From NCBI GenBank assembly GCA_964385945.1, contig CAYLQJ010000001.1:8034-72033 (forward strand): a stretch of DNA of 64,000 nucleotides. The letters are read 5' to 3'. Each line of letters begins with the position of its first letter. Positions within the stretch are counted from its first letter, which is position 1. Positions 38,287 through 48,463 of the stretch are shown here, in pieces. Source of the stretch: an uncultured Candidatus Saccharibacteria bacterium. GTDB lineage: Bacteria; Patescibacteriota; Minisyncoccia; Phycocordibacterales; UBA9973. Below the pieces are notes generated by a model. That model was not told the DNA's origin. It was given only the letters and a program-made list of their open reading frames with translations, and did not search any database. The position numbers and the translations under genes are program-made.

Positions 38287-39871
38287 CTTCGACATAATCA
38301 GGAAATGTAATAGTGTGTGATGTTTCGAATATCCGAAGAGCACATTCAGTTTTATTACTTTCCATATAATTTAATAAATCGATATCATTTGCGTGTTTCG
38401 TAGAAAAAATATTATTTAAAATAGCCAAGCTGTTTGCTTTGAGCATCTGAGGTTCTAGTGTCTTAGCTGTATCGTCCTCAGAGCGACATATTTTTATGTT
38501 AGTACTCAGTTTGTATGGAGCATATTTTTTATCTACCTTGTTCGCAAAATCACCATCATTATCTGTCACAACACATACATCTTTATTTAGTTTCTCTGCA
38601 ATTTGCAAAAACCTTTCAAAAGACAGACCTCTAACATTAATAACATCAACACCTGCCTCTATCGGCAAAACTCCATGTTTTTGCTTATAGGCTTTTTGAA
38701 CTACAAGCTCGTCTGATGGACCCTCAACAAGAATGGTCTTTTTTGCCAAGACTAGACGCAAAGTGTCGTAACCTGATAGCTTCATGAAATAGTTTTGAGT
38801 ATCTTTAGATAAAGAGGCTAGAGATGTGGATTTATTGCCACTCAGCAATATCAAGTTTTCCAAACCTAATTTATTAAGGACATATGCACTATGCGTCGTA
38901 ATGATGATTTGTTTGCCTGCACACTTCTCGTGGATTTTTGTAATTAAAATATTCATAGAAGAAAAAGAAAGGTGGTTTTCTGGTTCTTCAATGAGAATTA
39001 TATTTGATGCCCCAGCTTTTCGCTCAAGAGCAAGCATTATTTTAAGTGCGTTTTGTTCTCCCTTTCCTACCATTTGGAATGGTAGCTGATCTAGGTGAGG
39101 TATAAGGTTTGTCTCCCAGTTTGTTTTTTGAGACATATCTATGGATATAGATAAATCCTTTTGGGTAATGGCGGCTTTCTTACTCGTCAGCTTTCCGTTA
39201 ATTGTTCCAATGGAGGGTTCTTTGGAAAAGATTTCTTTCAACTTACGAAAAGCAACACTTAGCCCTACTCGCTCCTTTGGATCTAGGTCTGTTTTGATAA
39301 TATCCTGAAGATAATAGTCAGTACCATTTTGAAGCCTAATATTTGTTGCGTCTATGTATGACAACCGTAGGGGTAAACTTCGGAGCGTTATTGCATTATT
39401 TGCAAAAGAGTACCAATGTATTTTGTAATACTCAGAAGGTATTAGATCTAAATCACTAGCCGAAGTTTTGATTAAATTCTCGTACTCCTCTTTATAATCT
39501 TCGTCAAAAACTATTTCTATTTTAACACCAATGGAATCCTCATTTTTTGAGTTCATTTTACCCCTTAAATATTCTAGGTCGGGACTGTCACCTAAATAGA
39601 GTTCTATAATTATTTCAGGCAATGATGCAGTTTTTCCACCCTTAATAGCAGTGATGTAGTCGTCTACACACTTTTTATTAAAAAGATAAGGAGATAATTC
39701 ATTCTCGATAGCTCTACCGTTCAGCTTCTTAGTAGATGCTAAATTGATAGCTTCAAGGATTGTTGATTTACCAACCTCATTATCTCCCACAAGAATATTC
39801 AAATTATCATTCAACTCTAGGTCGAAGTTATCAAAGATTTTGTAGTTTTTAATATAAATTTTTTTAATCAT
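38273..39871 (-). CDS. gajA: OLD-family ABC-ATPase/TOPRIM nuclease, Gabija GajA-like
   Basis: GDNEVGKST, IEEPENHL, TTHS, ILVEGPSDE, VTDNDGD. Confidence 0.85.
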   Translation of the reverse strand: MIKKIYIKNYKIFDNFDLELNDNLNILVGDNEVGKSTILEAINLASTKKLNGRAIENELSPYLFNKKCVDDYITAIKGGKTASLPEIIIELYLGDSPDLEYLRGKMNSKNEDSIGVKIEIVFDEDYKEEYENLIKTSASDLDLIPSEYYKIHWYSFANNAITLRSLPLRLSYIDATNIRLQNGTDYYLQDIIKTDLDPKERVGLSVAFRKLKEIFSKEPSIGTINGKLTSKKAAITQKDLSISIDMSQKTNWETNLIPHLDQLPFQMVGKGEQNALKIMLALERKAGASNIILIEEPENHLSFSSMNILITKIHEKCAGKQIIITTHSAYVLNKLGLENLILLSGNKSTSLASLSKDTQNYFMKLSGYDTLRLVLAKKTILVEGPSDELVVQKAYKQKHGVLPIEAGVDVINVRGLSFERFLQIAEKLNKDVCVVTDNDGDFANKVDKKYAPYKLSTNIKICRSEDDTAKTLEPQMLKANSLAILNNIFSTKHANDIDLLNYMESNKTECALRIFETSHTITFPDYVEDAIK

Positions 39872-40257
39872 AGAAACTAAGCAAGATAGAGCTACCTGCA
39901 CTATTATTTTAGCATTTTTTGCTTGATTTTTCTATCTTTCATTGTCTTTTGTTTTGTTGTTTATTTACCTCTGGAGCATGGGATCCCTGCCAAGGATTCT
40001 TGCACACAATTAACTTCTACTAATCTATTCTTTTATTTACTAAAAATATTTCGATTGGTAATAATATCCATTTATATAAGGATATTTTCAATAATATGCT
40101 ACTGAACACTCGCAACTAAAGAGTGTAATTTGATTAGTCGACATCCATTTAAATTCTATCTACCTAGTATTCTGATTATGTAACACATGGTTGTCATTTT
40201 TTCTAGAAAAGTGACTTTCAAGAAGTTGCATTATTAGTAATCTTTAATAAATATTTT

Positions 40258-41538
40258 ATGAAAAAAGAAGAATTAAGATGGGCTGTAGACATTCGCAAGC
40301 TCACAATATTAAAAAATTGGAAAGAAAATCCTAGAACGATAACTAAGGTGGCTTTAGAAAAGCTAAAAGAAAGAATCGTACAGCGTGGTTTCCATAGCGT
40401 CATTGTTATTGATACAGATAACACGATACTCTCTGGAAATCAGCGAGGGTTGGCTCTAAGACAACTTGGAATTAAGGAAGTAAATGTATTAGTTCCAAGC
40501 CGTAAATTAACTACTGAAGAAAGAAGAAAAATAGCTCTTGAGAGTAATTTAAACGATGGAGAATGGAATATGGAAGCTTTGAAGTCGTTTAATATAGATT
40601 TGCTAACTGATGTCGGATTTGACCAAATGAAGCTAGTTGAGTTTTGGGACAAAGATACCGAAATAAAAGAAGAATCATTTGATCTAAAGAAAGAAATAAA
40701 GCTTGCTCAAAAAACAAACATAAAACGAGGTAATATGTACCAACTCGGTAGACATCGTTTAATTTGCGAGGACGCTTTGAACCCCAATACAGTTCTAAAA
40801 TTAATGGGTAAAGTAAAGGCAGACCTTATAAATCAGGACCCCCCATTCAACATAAATTTATCATATGACAAGGGTGTTGGTGGGAAGAAAAGTAATAAGA
40901 ACTATGGTGGTCAAACCCAAGATAATATGAGCGATGAGGGCTATGCTGACTTCATTAGAAAGATGATGAAGAATGCACTTTCTGTTTCAAAAAAAGATTG
41001 TCACTATGCCTACTGGAGCGATGAACGGTTCGTCTGGATTTTTCAGACCTTATACAAAGAACTCGGTATTGCTTCAAAGAGACTACTTATATGGGCAAAA
41101 AACAACGCTTCACCAACGCCACAGGTGGCTTTCAATAAAGCTACCGAGTATGTGGTCTATGGAACAATTGGATCTCCTTATCTTTCACCTAATGTTCAAA
41201 ATGCTAATGAAATTATAAATCACGATACAACTACTGGAAACAACTTACTTGAAGAACTAAGTAATATAATTCTCCAAAAAAGACTACCAAGTAACCAGTA
41301 CTCACACCCCACGCAGAAGGATCCGCATGTTCACTATAAGATACTTAAGCGTTGTACAAAGATTGGTGACGCTGTGCTTGATTTAACGGCTGGGTCTGGG
41401 AGCATAATGTCTGCTTGTGAACAATTAGGTCGAACTGCCTATATGTGTGATTACGAACCTGTATTTTGTCAGGTAATTTTGAATAGGTATAAAAAAATGA
41501 CTGGGCTTAATCCAATACAAATCTATGAAGAAAAATAA
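40258..41538 (+). CDS. ParB-N domain fused to an N6/N4 DNA methyltransferase
   Basis: NPR...LSGNQR ParB-like N-terminus; DPPFN catalytic motif before the LDLTAGSGS SAM motif; HPTQK. Confidence 0.9.
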   Translation: MKKEELRWAVDIRKLTILKNWKENPRTITKVALEKLKERIVQRGFHSVIVIDTDNTILSGNQRGLALRQLGIKEVNVLVPSRKLTTEERRKIALESNLNDGEWNMEALKSFNIDLLTDVGFDQMKLVEFWDKDTEIKEESFDLKKEIKLAQKTNIKRGNMYQLGRHRLICEDALNPNTVLKLMGKVKADLINQDPPFNINLSYDKGVGGKKSNKNYGGQTQDNMSDEGYADFIRKMMKNALSVSKKDCHYAYWSDERFVWIFQTLYKELGIASKRLLIWAKNNASPTPQVAFNKATEYVVYGTIGSPYLSPNVQNANEIINHDTTTGNNLLEELSNIILQKRLPSNQYSHPTQKDPHVHYKILKRCTKIGDAVLDLTAGSGSIMSACEQLGRTAYMCDYEPVFCQVILNRYKKMTGLNPIQIYEEK

Positions 41539-41920
41539 ACTGCAAGATAAGTTTTTTGAAGAACTAAGAAATGTTCCTATTGTTCAAGTAGGATGTGAGA
41601 AAACAGGAATTTCTAGAAATAGTGTATATCGTTGGAAAAAAGAAGATAAAACTTTCGCAAAGAAAATGGATCAAGCTCTTGCTGATGGAGTTACCTTTGT
41701 TAGCGATATGAGTGAGAGTCAACTATTGACTTTGATTAAAGAGAAGGATTATAGAGCTATTAGCTTTTGGCTAAAACATAGAAATGATAACTACAAAAAT
41801 AAGGTTGAATTATCTGGAACAATACATACAAAGGAAGAACCTTTAACAAAAGACCAAAAGAAAGTAATTCGAGAAGCTTTAAGGTTATCATCACTAAAAA
41901 GCTATGCCAAAAAGAAATAA
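41525..41920 (+). CDS. HTH protein, terminase small subunit-like
   Basis: CEKTGISRNSVYRWK HTH, AISFWLK; coupled to the terL-like gene. Confidence 0.7.
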   Translation: MKKNKLQDKFFEELRNVPIVQVGCEKTGISRNSVYRWKKEDKTFAKKMDQALADGVTFVSDMSESQLLTLIKEKDYRAISFWLKHRNDNYKNKVELSGTIHTKEEPLTKDQKKVIREALRLSSLKSYAKKK

Positions 41921-43355
41921 TGAAAATGAAATACTATTTGAGCGTGTTTTAAAGGATCAGAGATTACGCCAGGAGCTTGTTAAAAAGAGTCTTGAATTCT
42001 TCTTCCCAATATACATGCATGAATATATAGGATATGAAACCGCACCATTTCATAAAGAGTTATTTCGTATTCTCCAAAATGAAAAACACAAACTTGCCGT
42101 TATTACTGCATTTCGAGGATCTGCTAAATCAACAATAGTAACAACGGCATATGTTCTGTGGTCTATTCTTGGTATACAGCAGAAGAAGTTTATTATTATC
42201 TGTTCACAAACAGAAGTAAAAGCTAGACAGCACTTAATGAACATAAAAAATCAACTTCTTCATAATGAGCTTTTAAAAAAAGACTTAGGACCATTTGAAG
42301 AAGAGAAAAATAACTTAGGTAATGCTACAGCAATCATTATTAAGCGAATGAATGTCAAAATAATGATTTGCTCAATTGAACAAAGTATTCGTGGAATGCG
42401 TCATGATCAACACCGTCCTGATCTTATCATCCTGGATGACATTGAGGATTTAGATTCTGTTAAAACCAAAGAAGGTCGTAATAAGAGTTTTGATTGGCTT
42501 ACAGGTGATATTATTCCTGCAGGTACTAGAAAAACTCGTATTATTGCTATTGGAAACTTGCTTCATGAAGACTGCGTATTAAAACGCTTAGAGAGAAAAA
42601 TAGAAAATGGTGAGATGAACAGAATGAATGGTATTTATCGTGAGTACCCAATTGTTGATACTAAGGGCAACCCACTTTGGATTGGTAAATATCCAACTCA
42701 TGAATCTATTGAAGAAGAACGAGAGAAAACTATGAATGATATCGCTTGGCACAGAGAGTATTTGCTTAAAATAATTTCAAGTGATGAGCAGATTGTAAAG
42801 AAAGAGTGGATTAAATTTTACAATACACTTCCTGCTGATGGATTTAGGGGTATCTGTATCGGAGTAGATTTGGCTATTGGAGAAAAAGAAACGAATGACT
42901 GTACCTCTATGGTTACTGGGTATGTTTATGGTGTCGGAAAGAAGATGAGAATATATATCCGTCCAAAACCATTCAATTCAAGAGTCTCATTTCCTGAACA
43001 AGCTGAATATTTGGCTAGTCTTATAGCGAGAGAAAAGGTCACGCACAACAGAGTAAAAGTATATGTCGAAGATGTTGGATACCAAAGGGCGTTAGTGCAG
43101 TATTTTGACAGCAACAAGTACGACATAGAAGCCGTACCAGTTGGAAGAATGAGCAAATCTTTAAGATTGCAACTAACAACACCACTTCTAAAAGAAAGTA
43201 GAGTTCTATTTCAAGAAGAAGGATGTGAAGAGCTTGTCGAGCAATTGCTTGGATTCGGGAAAGAGAAACACGATGATCTAGTAGATGCATTTTCCTTGCT
43301 CGTGATGAAAGTTATTGAGAATAACCCTAATGGATCAGGGATTCTTGTGGGGTAA
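41904..43355 (+). CDS. Phage terminase large subunit-like protein
   Basis: FRGSAKST Walker A, LIILDDIE Walker B, GVDLA and HDDLVDA RNase H motifs. Confidence 0.9.
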   Translation: MPKRNNENEILFERVLKDQRLRQELVKKSLEFFFPIYMHEYIGYETAPFHKELFRILQNEKHKLAVITAFRGSAKSTIVTTAYVLWSILGIQQKKFIIICSQTEVKARQHLMNIKNQLLHNELLKKDLGPFEEEKNNLGNATAIIIKRMNVKIMICSIEQSIRGMRHDQHRPDLIILDDIEDLDSVKTKEGRNKSFDWLTGDIIPAGTRKTRIIAIGNLLHEDCVLKRLERKIENGEMNRMNGIYREYPIVDTKGNPLWIGKYPTHESIEEEREKTMNDIAWHREYLLKIISSDEQIVKKEWIKFYNTLPADGFRGICIGVDLAIGEKETNDCTSMVTGYVYGVGKKMRIYIRPKPFNSRVSFPEQAEYLASLIAREKVTHNRVKVYVEDVGYQRALVQYFDSNKYDIEAVPVGRMSKSLRLQLTTPLLKESRVLFQEEGCEELVEQLLGFGKEKHDDLVDAFSLLVMKVIENNPNGSGILVG

Positions 43356-43814
43356 ATTATTAATTAAATCTCTTAATTCATCTAGTTTCTTTTTTATCTC
43401 ATACGGATGAGCTACATGTTGTAAGATTATTTCTTTACCACCTGATCCCGCTGTGTTTATATACAACTGTCCACTTTTAGTAAAACTTTTATCCAAGAAA
43501 GATTCTTTCACTGTAACATCTGTTATTTTACTGTAATCTACACTCACTAAATCTGTCGAGAAAAAGCCTCTATGTATTAGGACTCTTTTATTTGTAAATC
43601 CATAAATATTTGCCTTTGGTAAGTAAACTTTTAGATACAGGTAAGCAATTGCAAATACAAAGGGGGCTAGAAAAACGGTGCACAAACTAATAATTCCCCA
43701 AATAATAAGATATGTCTTTATGTACTGACTTCCTATTGAAAACTCATATTTAAGTTCTTCGTTTGAACTAAGAACTTTGCTCCAAACTTGCTCGTTGCGA
43801 TTTTGGTTATTCAT
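43335..43814 (-). CDS. Membrane protein with a bacterial PH (bPH_2) domain
   Basis: TM segments, then YGFTNKRVLIHRG...KITDVTV...G.L.I.TAG. Confidence 0.8.
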   Translation of the reverse strand: MNNQNRNEQVWSKVLSSNEELKYEFSIGSQYIKTYLIIWGIISLCTVFLAPFVFAIAYLYLKVYLPKANIYGFTNKRVLIHRGFFSTDLVSVDYSKITDVTVKESFLDKSFTKSGQLYINTAGSGGKEIILQHVAHPYEIKKKLDELRDLINNLPHKNP

Positions 43815-43854
43815 AATTTTTTTCTTGCGTATTATTTATAATTCTAGGGTAAGA

Positions 43855-43990
43855 CGCAAAAAGCCTACCACTAGGTAGAGTCTTGCGACTCATATATCCG
43901 TTTCCAGATATAACGCAACGAGCGACCCTAGTGATAGGTTCTTTATGCTCGTTGCGATTTGCAACCATATCCTTAAGAAATCTTAAGGGG
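43855..43990 (-). ncRNA. Candidate structured leader RNA (pseudoknot or switch)
   Basis: Interleaved pairings plus GAAA- and GCAA-looped hairpins upstream of the bPH_2 gene. Confidence 0.45.
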
Positions 43991-44161
43991 TTAGGTCGAC
44001 TGTATTTAGTTGTAAATGAATAATAACATTTTCGACCCTATTATTCAATCAACATTGTATCGCTGATACATAGTTTTGCTAAGGGTAATATCGCGAGTAT
44101 GCGACATATTTTTAGTTCTGCATAGCTATACACCACCCACCAGTCTGTCATTAATATATGT

Positions 44162-45754
44162 ATGGAAAAAGCAGTATTGTATGCAAGAGTAAGTTCAGAT
44201 ATACAACAAAAAGAGCGGTCAATTGATAGTCAAATCGCGGAACTTAAGAAACAAATTACCAGTACTGGTAACAAGCTTGTAATGGAGTATATTGATGACG
44301 GTTATAGTGGTGCCTTACTCGACCGACCTGCTATGAATCAACTTCGTGAGGATCTAAAAACGGATAAATTTCAAGTTATTTACATACTGAATACTGACCG
44401 TATCGCACGCGACGTTACTTATCAAAATATAATCGTTGGGGAAATTTTAAGATACAAGAAACAACTCATCATTAATGGAAAAGATTATATTCATAATCCA
44501 GAGAACAAATTTACACTTACAGTGTTAGGAGCCGTATCTGAACTTGAAAGAGCCAAACTAATTGAGCGTACGACTCGTGGTAGACAACATAGACTCAAGC
44601 AAGGCCATCTAATGAGTAACGGATGGCAAACATATGCATATCGATATATTAAAAAATCAGCTACTGCTTTTCCTTCTTACGAGATCATTAGAGAAGAAGC
44701 TGATGTGGTCAAGTATATCTTCGAGACGTATGCAAATGGAAAAATTGGTATACAGTCAATAGCTATTCAACTTGAAGCAATGGGAGTCCCTAAAATCAAA
44801 GGGAGAAATTGTCTTAATCAATCTCAACTGAAAGCCATCCTAAAGAACGAGATGTATACAGGAATCAGATATTTCAACACAATGAAAACTGTGAAGATTG
44901 GCGACCCAATGAAGAAGCAGGTCAAAAGAAAAGAATATACAAATAGAGCCGAGTGGATAGGAATTAAAGTGCCAACAATTATCTCGAAGGAATTATATGA
45001 CAAAGTGCAGATAAAACTTGCATATAATTATTCCAACTGGAGGAACTCAAAACGAGTCCAACTTCTCTCAAATCTGGTCTGTTGTGGGAAATGTGATTCA
45101 AAATGTTTTTCATATAAACGACCTAGAGAAAAATTTGCATACAAGTGCAACAATAGAAAAATTGGGGTTCATAACCCAGAAATTAATGTCAAACAGCTTG
45201 AATCTACTGTATGGGAAATGATTGAGGAGATTATACTTGATCCCAAAAAACTCTATTCTTCGATAGAAATATTAAAGAGAAGAAGTCGAACAAATCATGG
45301 ACGAATCGAAATTAAAATAAAGGATATTGAAAAACAGATATCTGATTTATCAAACCAGAAAAAAAGAATCATAGACTTGTATGCATCTGGAAGTCTCGAA
45401 AAGGATGAATCGGCAACCAGAATAAATAATTACGACAAGAGTATTAAAAAAATAAAATCCGAGAAAATCGAGCTATTAAAATACCTTCCCCTCTTTGAAA
45501 AGTCTGACCTCATTCAAGAAAACGTCAGAACTTACTGCGAAAAGGTGCGTGCAAGATTTAATAAGTGTGCTGATTTTGAAACACAAAGACAGTTTCTTAT
45601 GGATTACATAAGCAAAGTGACTTTCTACAGAAAAGGTAAAAAATATAGCAGGATAAGAATATATGGATCAGTACCGATCAGCTACATAAATAATGAAGAT
45701 GTCATTCCTGTCGGGTTTAAATTTGAGAAAGTCTTAACCGAATCAAAACTATGA
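44162..45754 (+). CDS. Large serine recombinase 1
   Basis: YARVSS, DDGYSG...RP, DRIARD, recombinase domain, zinc ribbon CGKC. Confidence 0.95.
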   Translation: MEKAVLYARVSSDIQQKERSIDSQIAELKKQITSTGNKLVMEYIDDGYSGALLDRPAMNQLREDLKTDKFQVIYILNTDRIARDVTYQNIIVGEILRYKKQLIINGKDYIHNPENKFTLTVLGAVSELERAKLIERTTRGRQHRLKQGHLMSNGWQTYAYRYIKKSATAFPSYEIIREEADVVKYIFETYANGKIGIQSIAIQLEAMGVPKIKGRNCLNQSQLKAILKNEMYTGIRYFNTMKTVKIGDPMKKQVKRKEYTNRAEWIGIKVPTIISKELYDKVQIKLAYNYSNWRNSKRVQLLSNLVCCGKCDSKCFSYKRPREKFAYKCNNRKIGVHNPEINVKQLESTVWEMIEEIILDPKKLYSSIEILKRRSRTNHGRIEIKIKDIEKQISDLSNQKKRIIDLYASGSLEKDESATRINNYDKSIKKIKSEKIELLKYLPLFEKSDLIQENVRTYCEKVRARFNKCADFETQRQFLMDYISKVTFYRKGKKYSRIRIYGSVPISYINNEDVIPVGFKFEKVLTESKL

Positions 45755-47424
45755 AAAAAGCAGTTCTCTATGCTCGCGTAAGTACAGATATTCAACAAAA
45801 AGAAGGTACTATTGAAAGCCAGGTAGTTGCACTTAAACAGCAAATCGTAGATAACGGAGATGTATTAGTGAAAGAGTACATAGATGCAGGACATAGTGGT
45901 GCTAAGATAGACAGACCAGCACTTGATCAATTGCGAAAAGACCTGAAGACAGATCTCTTCGACTCTATCTATTTCTTAAACACTGACCGTATAGCTCGTG
46001 ATGTTACATATCAAAACATCATCATTACAGAGGTACTTAAATACAAGAAGCAGATAATTATTAATGGAAAAGACTATATTCATAACTCAGAAAATAAATT
46101 TGAGCTGACCGTTCTGGGAGCTGTCGCAGAACTTGAAAGAGCAAAGATGATTGAACGCAGTATGCGTGGAAAGCAACACAAACTACGGAATGGATTTCTG
46201 CTCAGTCACGGATACAACATATATGGATATAACTATATTCCGCGATTCGGTGACTCACCTGCTCGACTGGATATTAACGAAAAAGAAGCATGGGTAATTC
46301 GATATGTCTTTGAGACGTATGCATCAGGAGAAATGAGTTGGGCTGGAATCATACGAGATCTTGAAAAAATGGGAGCAACAACAAAGAAAGGCAATAAACA
46401 CTGGCCTCAACATCAAGTTCGGCAAATTCTAAAAAATTCAACATATTCAGGAGTCCGATATTTCAATAAATGCAGACACGTAAAGACAGAATCGAGTCCA
46501 TTGCGTAAAATAAAATATGGCAAGAAAGTATATCGTGATAAATCTGAATGGATCGCAGTGAAAGTTCCTGCAATTGTGTCTAAAGTCCTCTTTGACAAAG
46601 TGCAGAAGAAAATGGAAGAAAGCAGTAGTAAGTACAAAAGTCCTAAACAAGTGCAACTACTTTCTAACCTTGTTCGTTGTGGAGAATGCGGACGTTTTTG
46701 TATTGCCTACCGCCGTTATATGCGACACTACTACAAATATAAAGGCGTGACGAAGAAAGTGACAGGCAACGTATATTACAAAGCGGCTTATAAATGCAAT
46801 CGACGTTGGATGGATCGGGTTCATTTAAAAACTTTGGATATTAAGCGTTGCACTAATCCTGAGGTATCGGTTCGAGTACTTGATCCAGTAATCTGGAATA
46901 TGGTTGAAGAGAAAATATTGAATCCGAAAGAACTAAAGAAACATCTAGTTGATTGGGAATCAGACGTTAAATCAGTTCAAACTAAAATGGAGAAAAAGCT
47001 AAGAAAATTAGATCAAGAGGAACAATATCTAAAAAGTAATAGAGAAGAAACACTAGAACAATACGCGATAGGAAAATTAGATCATAAGATATATCTAGAG
47101 AAATGTCTTACTTACGACATTGAAACAAATCGCTTAAAACTAGACAGAGATCAAGTTACCAAAAAGATTCCAATCTTACACAAGAAAGAAGTTATAGAAG
47201 CAAATATAAGATTCTTTTGTGGTTCTGCCCAGATTCGATTTGATAAATGTAAGACTTTTGATAACAAGCGAAGATTTGTTTTAGATTTGGTTGAAGAAAT
47301 TCTTTATAACCATGGAAAAGTTATTTTGAAAGGCTCAGTACCATTACAACTAAAAACAACCGAAAATTCTGATTCTCAAGAACAAGAAAAAATCAGTTTT
47401 TCTATAGAGAAAAATATCAAATAG
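45751..47424 (+). CDS. Large serine recombinase 2
   Basis: YARVST, DAGHSG...RP, DRIARD, CGEC; ATGA overlap with LSR1. Confidence 0.95.
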   Translation: MKKAVLYARVSTDIQQKEGTIESQVVALKQQIVDNGDVLVKEYIDAGHSGAKIDRPALDQLRKDLKTDLFDSIYFLNTDRIARDVTYQNIIITEVLKYKKQIIINGKDYIHNSENKFELTVLGAVAELERAKMIERSMRGKQHKLRNGFLLSHGYNIYGYNYIPRFGDSPARLDINEKEAWVIRYVFETYASGEMSWAGIIRDLEKMGATTKKGNKHWPQHQVRQILKNSTYSGVRYFNKCRHVKTESSPLRKIKYGKKVYRDKSEWIAVKVPAIVSKVLFDKVQKKMEESSSKYKSPKQVQLLSNLVRCGECGRFCIAYRRYMRHYYKYKGVTKKVTGNVYYKAAYKCNRRWMDRVHLKTLDIKRCTNPEVSVRVLDPVIWNMVEEKILNPKELKKHLVDWESDVKSVQTKMEKKLRKLDQEEQYLKSNREETLEQYAIGKLDHKIYLEKCLTYDIETNRLKLDRDQVTKKIPILHKKEVIEANIRFFCGSAQIRFDKCKTFDNKRRFVLDLVEEILYNHGKVILKGSVPLQLKTTENSDSQEQEKISFSIEKNIK

Positions 47425-47447
47425 TAATTATTACTAAGCTAGAAAAA

Positions 47448-47978
47448 TTAAAACTGGATTCCAGAAATTAAATAGTTTAGTAAATCTCTTGTATCTGAAT
47501 CGTTGATTTGTACTTCTTTGTTTTTGTACCAAGAACAAAGTTCTTTATTGGAATTAATGAAAAAATCTTTAATTTCTATTGTTTTAACTTTAGCACTTGA
47601 GTCTTCCGATATTTGTAATAAATATTCTGTGTTTACTTTTTTAACGTAAAAGATATTATTATTCTTGAAATAGTAACTAACTTCTGATTTTCCTGTTTCA
47701 CCAAAAAAGATTTGTTTGATAAAAACAATTTTTCCATCTAGTGTGTAATTTGTTTGTTCCCCTCCCTCAGTAGACTGTCCAAATATATCTTTCGTAGTAA
47801 ATGCATAATTTTTTGTATTTTTTTCAATATTCTCAGCTATGCTATAACTATCTGTTACAGGACTATTGTCACACGAAGTAGATAAATTTTTTGGTGTTAA
47901 ATTATAATGTCTGTACATTGGATAGCCAGAAATAATAACGATTAGCAATATAGTTAATGATATTGTAAGTTTTTTCAT
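47448..47978 (-). CDS. Hypothetical exported protein (possible second immunity protein)
   Basis: N-terminal TM segment; lies downstream of the RHS/immunity pair. Confidence 0.65.
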   Translation of the reverse strand: MKKLTISLTILLIVIISGYPMYRHYNLTPKNLSTSCDNSPVTDSYSIAENIEKNTKNYAFTTKDIFGQSTEGGEQTNYTLDGKIVFIKQIFFGETGKSEVSYYFKNNNIFYVKKVNTEYLLQISEDSSAKVKTIEIKDFFINSNKELCSWYKNKEVQINDSDTRDLLNYLISGIQF

Positions 47979-48090
47979 ATTTATTACTTTAATGTCTTAA
48001 GTAAACTTTTATTGACTGCCCAAAACTAATTTCAAGGCGTGGATAGTCAATATATCCTGCCAACAATTTAGTAAGATTTTTCTTAAATAA

Positions 48091-48462
48091 TTATTTCTTT
48101 ATTTGAAAACTTGTTAACTCTGGCTCCCATGGTCCATTACATGATTTATGTGTTAATTTTAGATCCTTGTTAAATATAAAAGCAACTCCGGTATTACTGA
48201 CCCATTTTTCGCTTACATATGGTACAGATAAATGAATTTCTTCATTATTAATACGAACTGTAGGATAGTATTTATTTAATTTTTCTGAAACCACTACAAA
48301 ATCATCAGAAATATTTATAGTATTACAGACTTCAATTAAATCAAGACTTTTTCCTTTGTTCAATTTAAAATTTATATTTTCTTGATGCAAATTAAGAATT
48401 ACAGCCAAAAGAATATTTTCGATAATAAGTATCACTACAAATAACATTATATAATTTTTCAT
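48091..48462 (-). CDS. Putative cognate immunity protein
   Basis: Starts 1 nt after the RHS stop; N-terminal TM segment. Confidence 0.65.
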   Translation of the reverse strand: MKNYIMLFVVILIIENILLAVILNLHQENINFKLNKGKSLDLIEVCNTINISDDFVVVSEKLNKYYPTVRINNEEIHLSVPYVSEKWVSNTGVAFIFNKDLKLTHKSCNGPWEPELTSFQIKK

Positions 48463-48463
48463 A

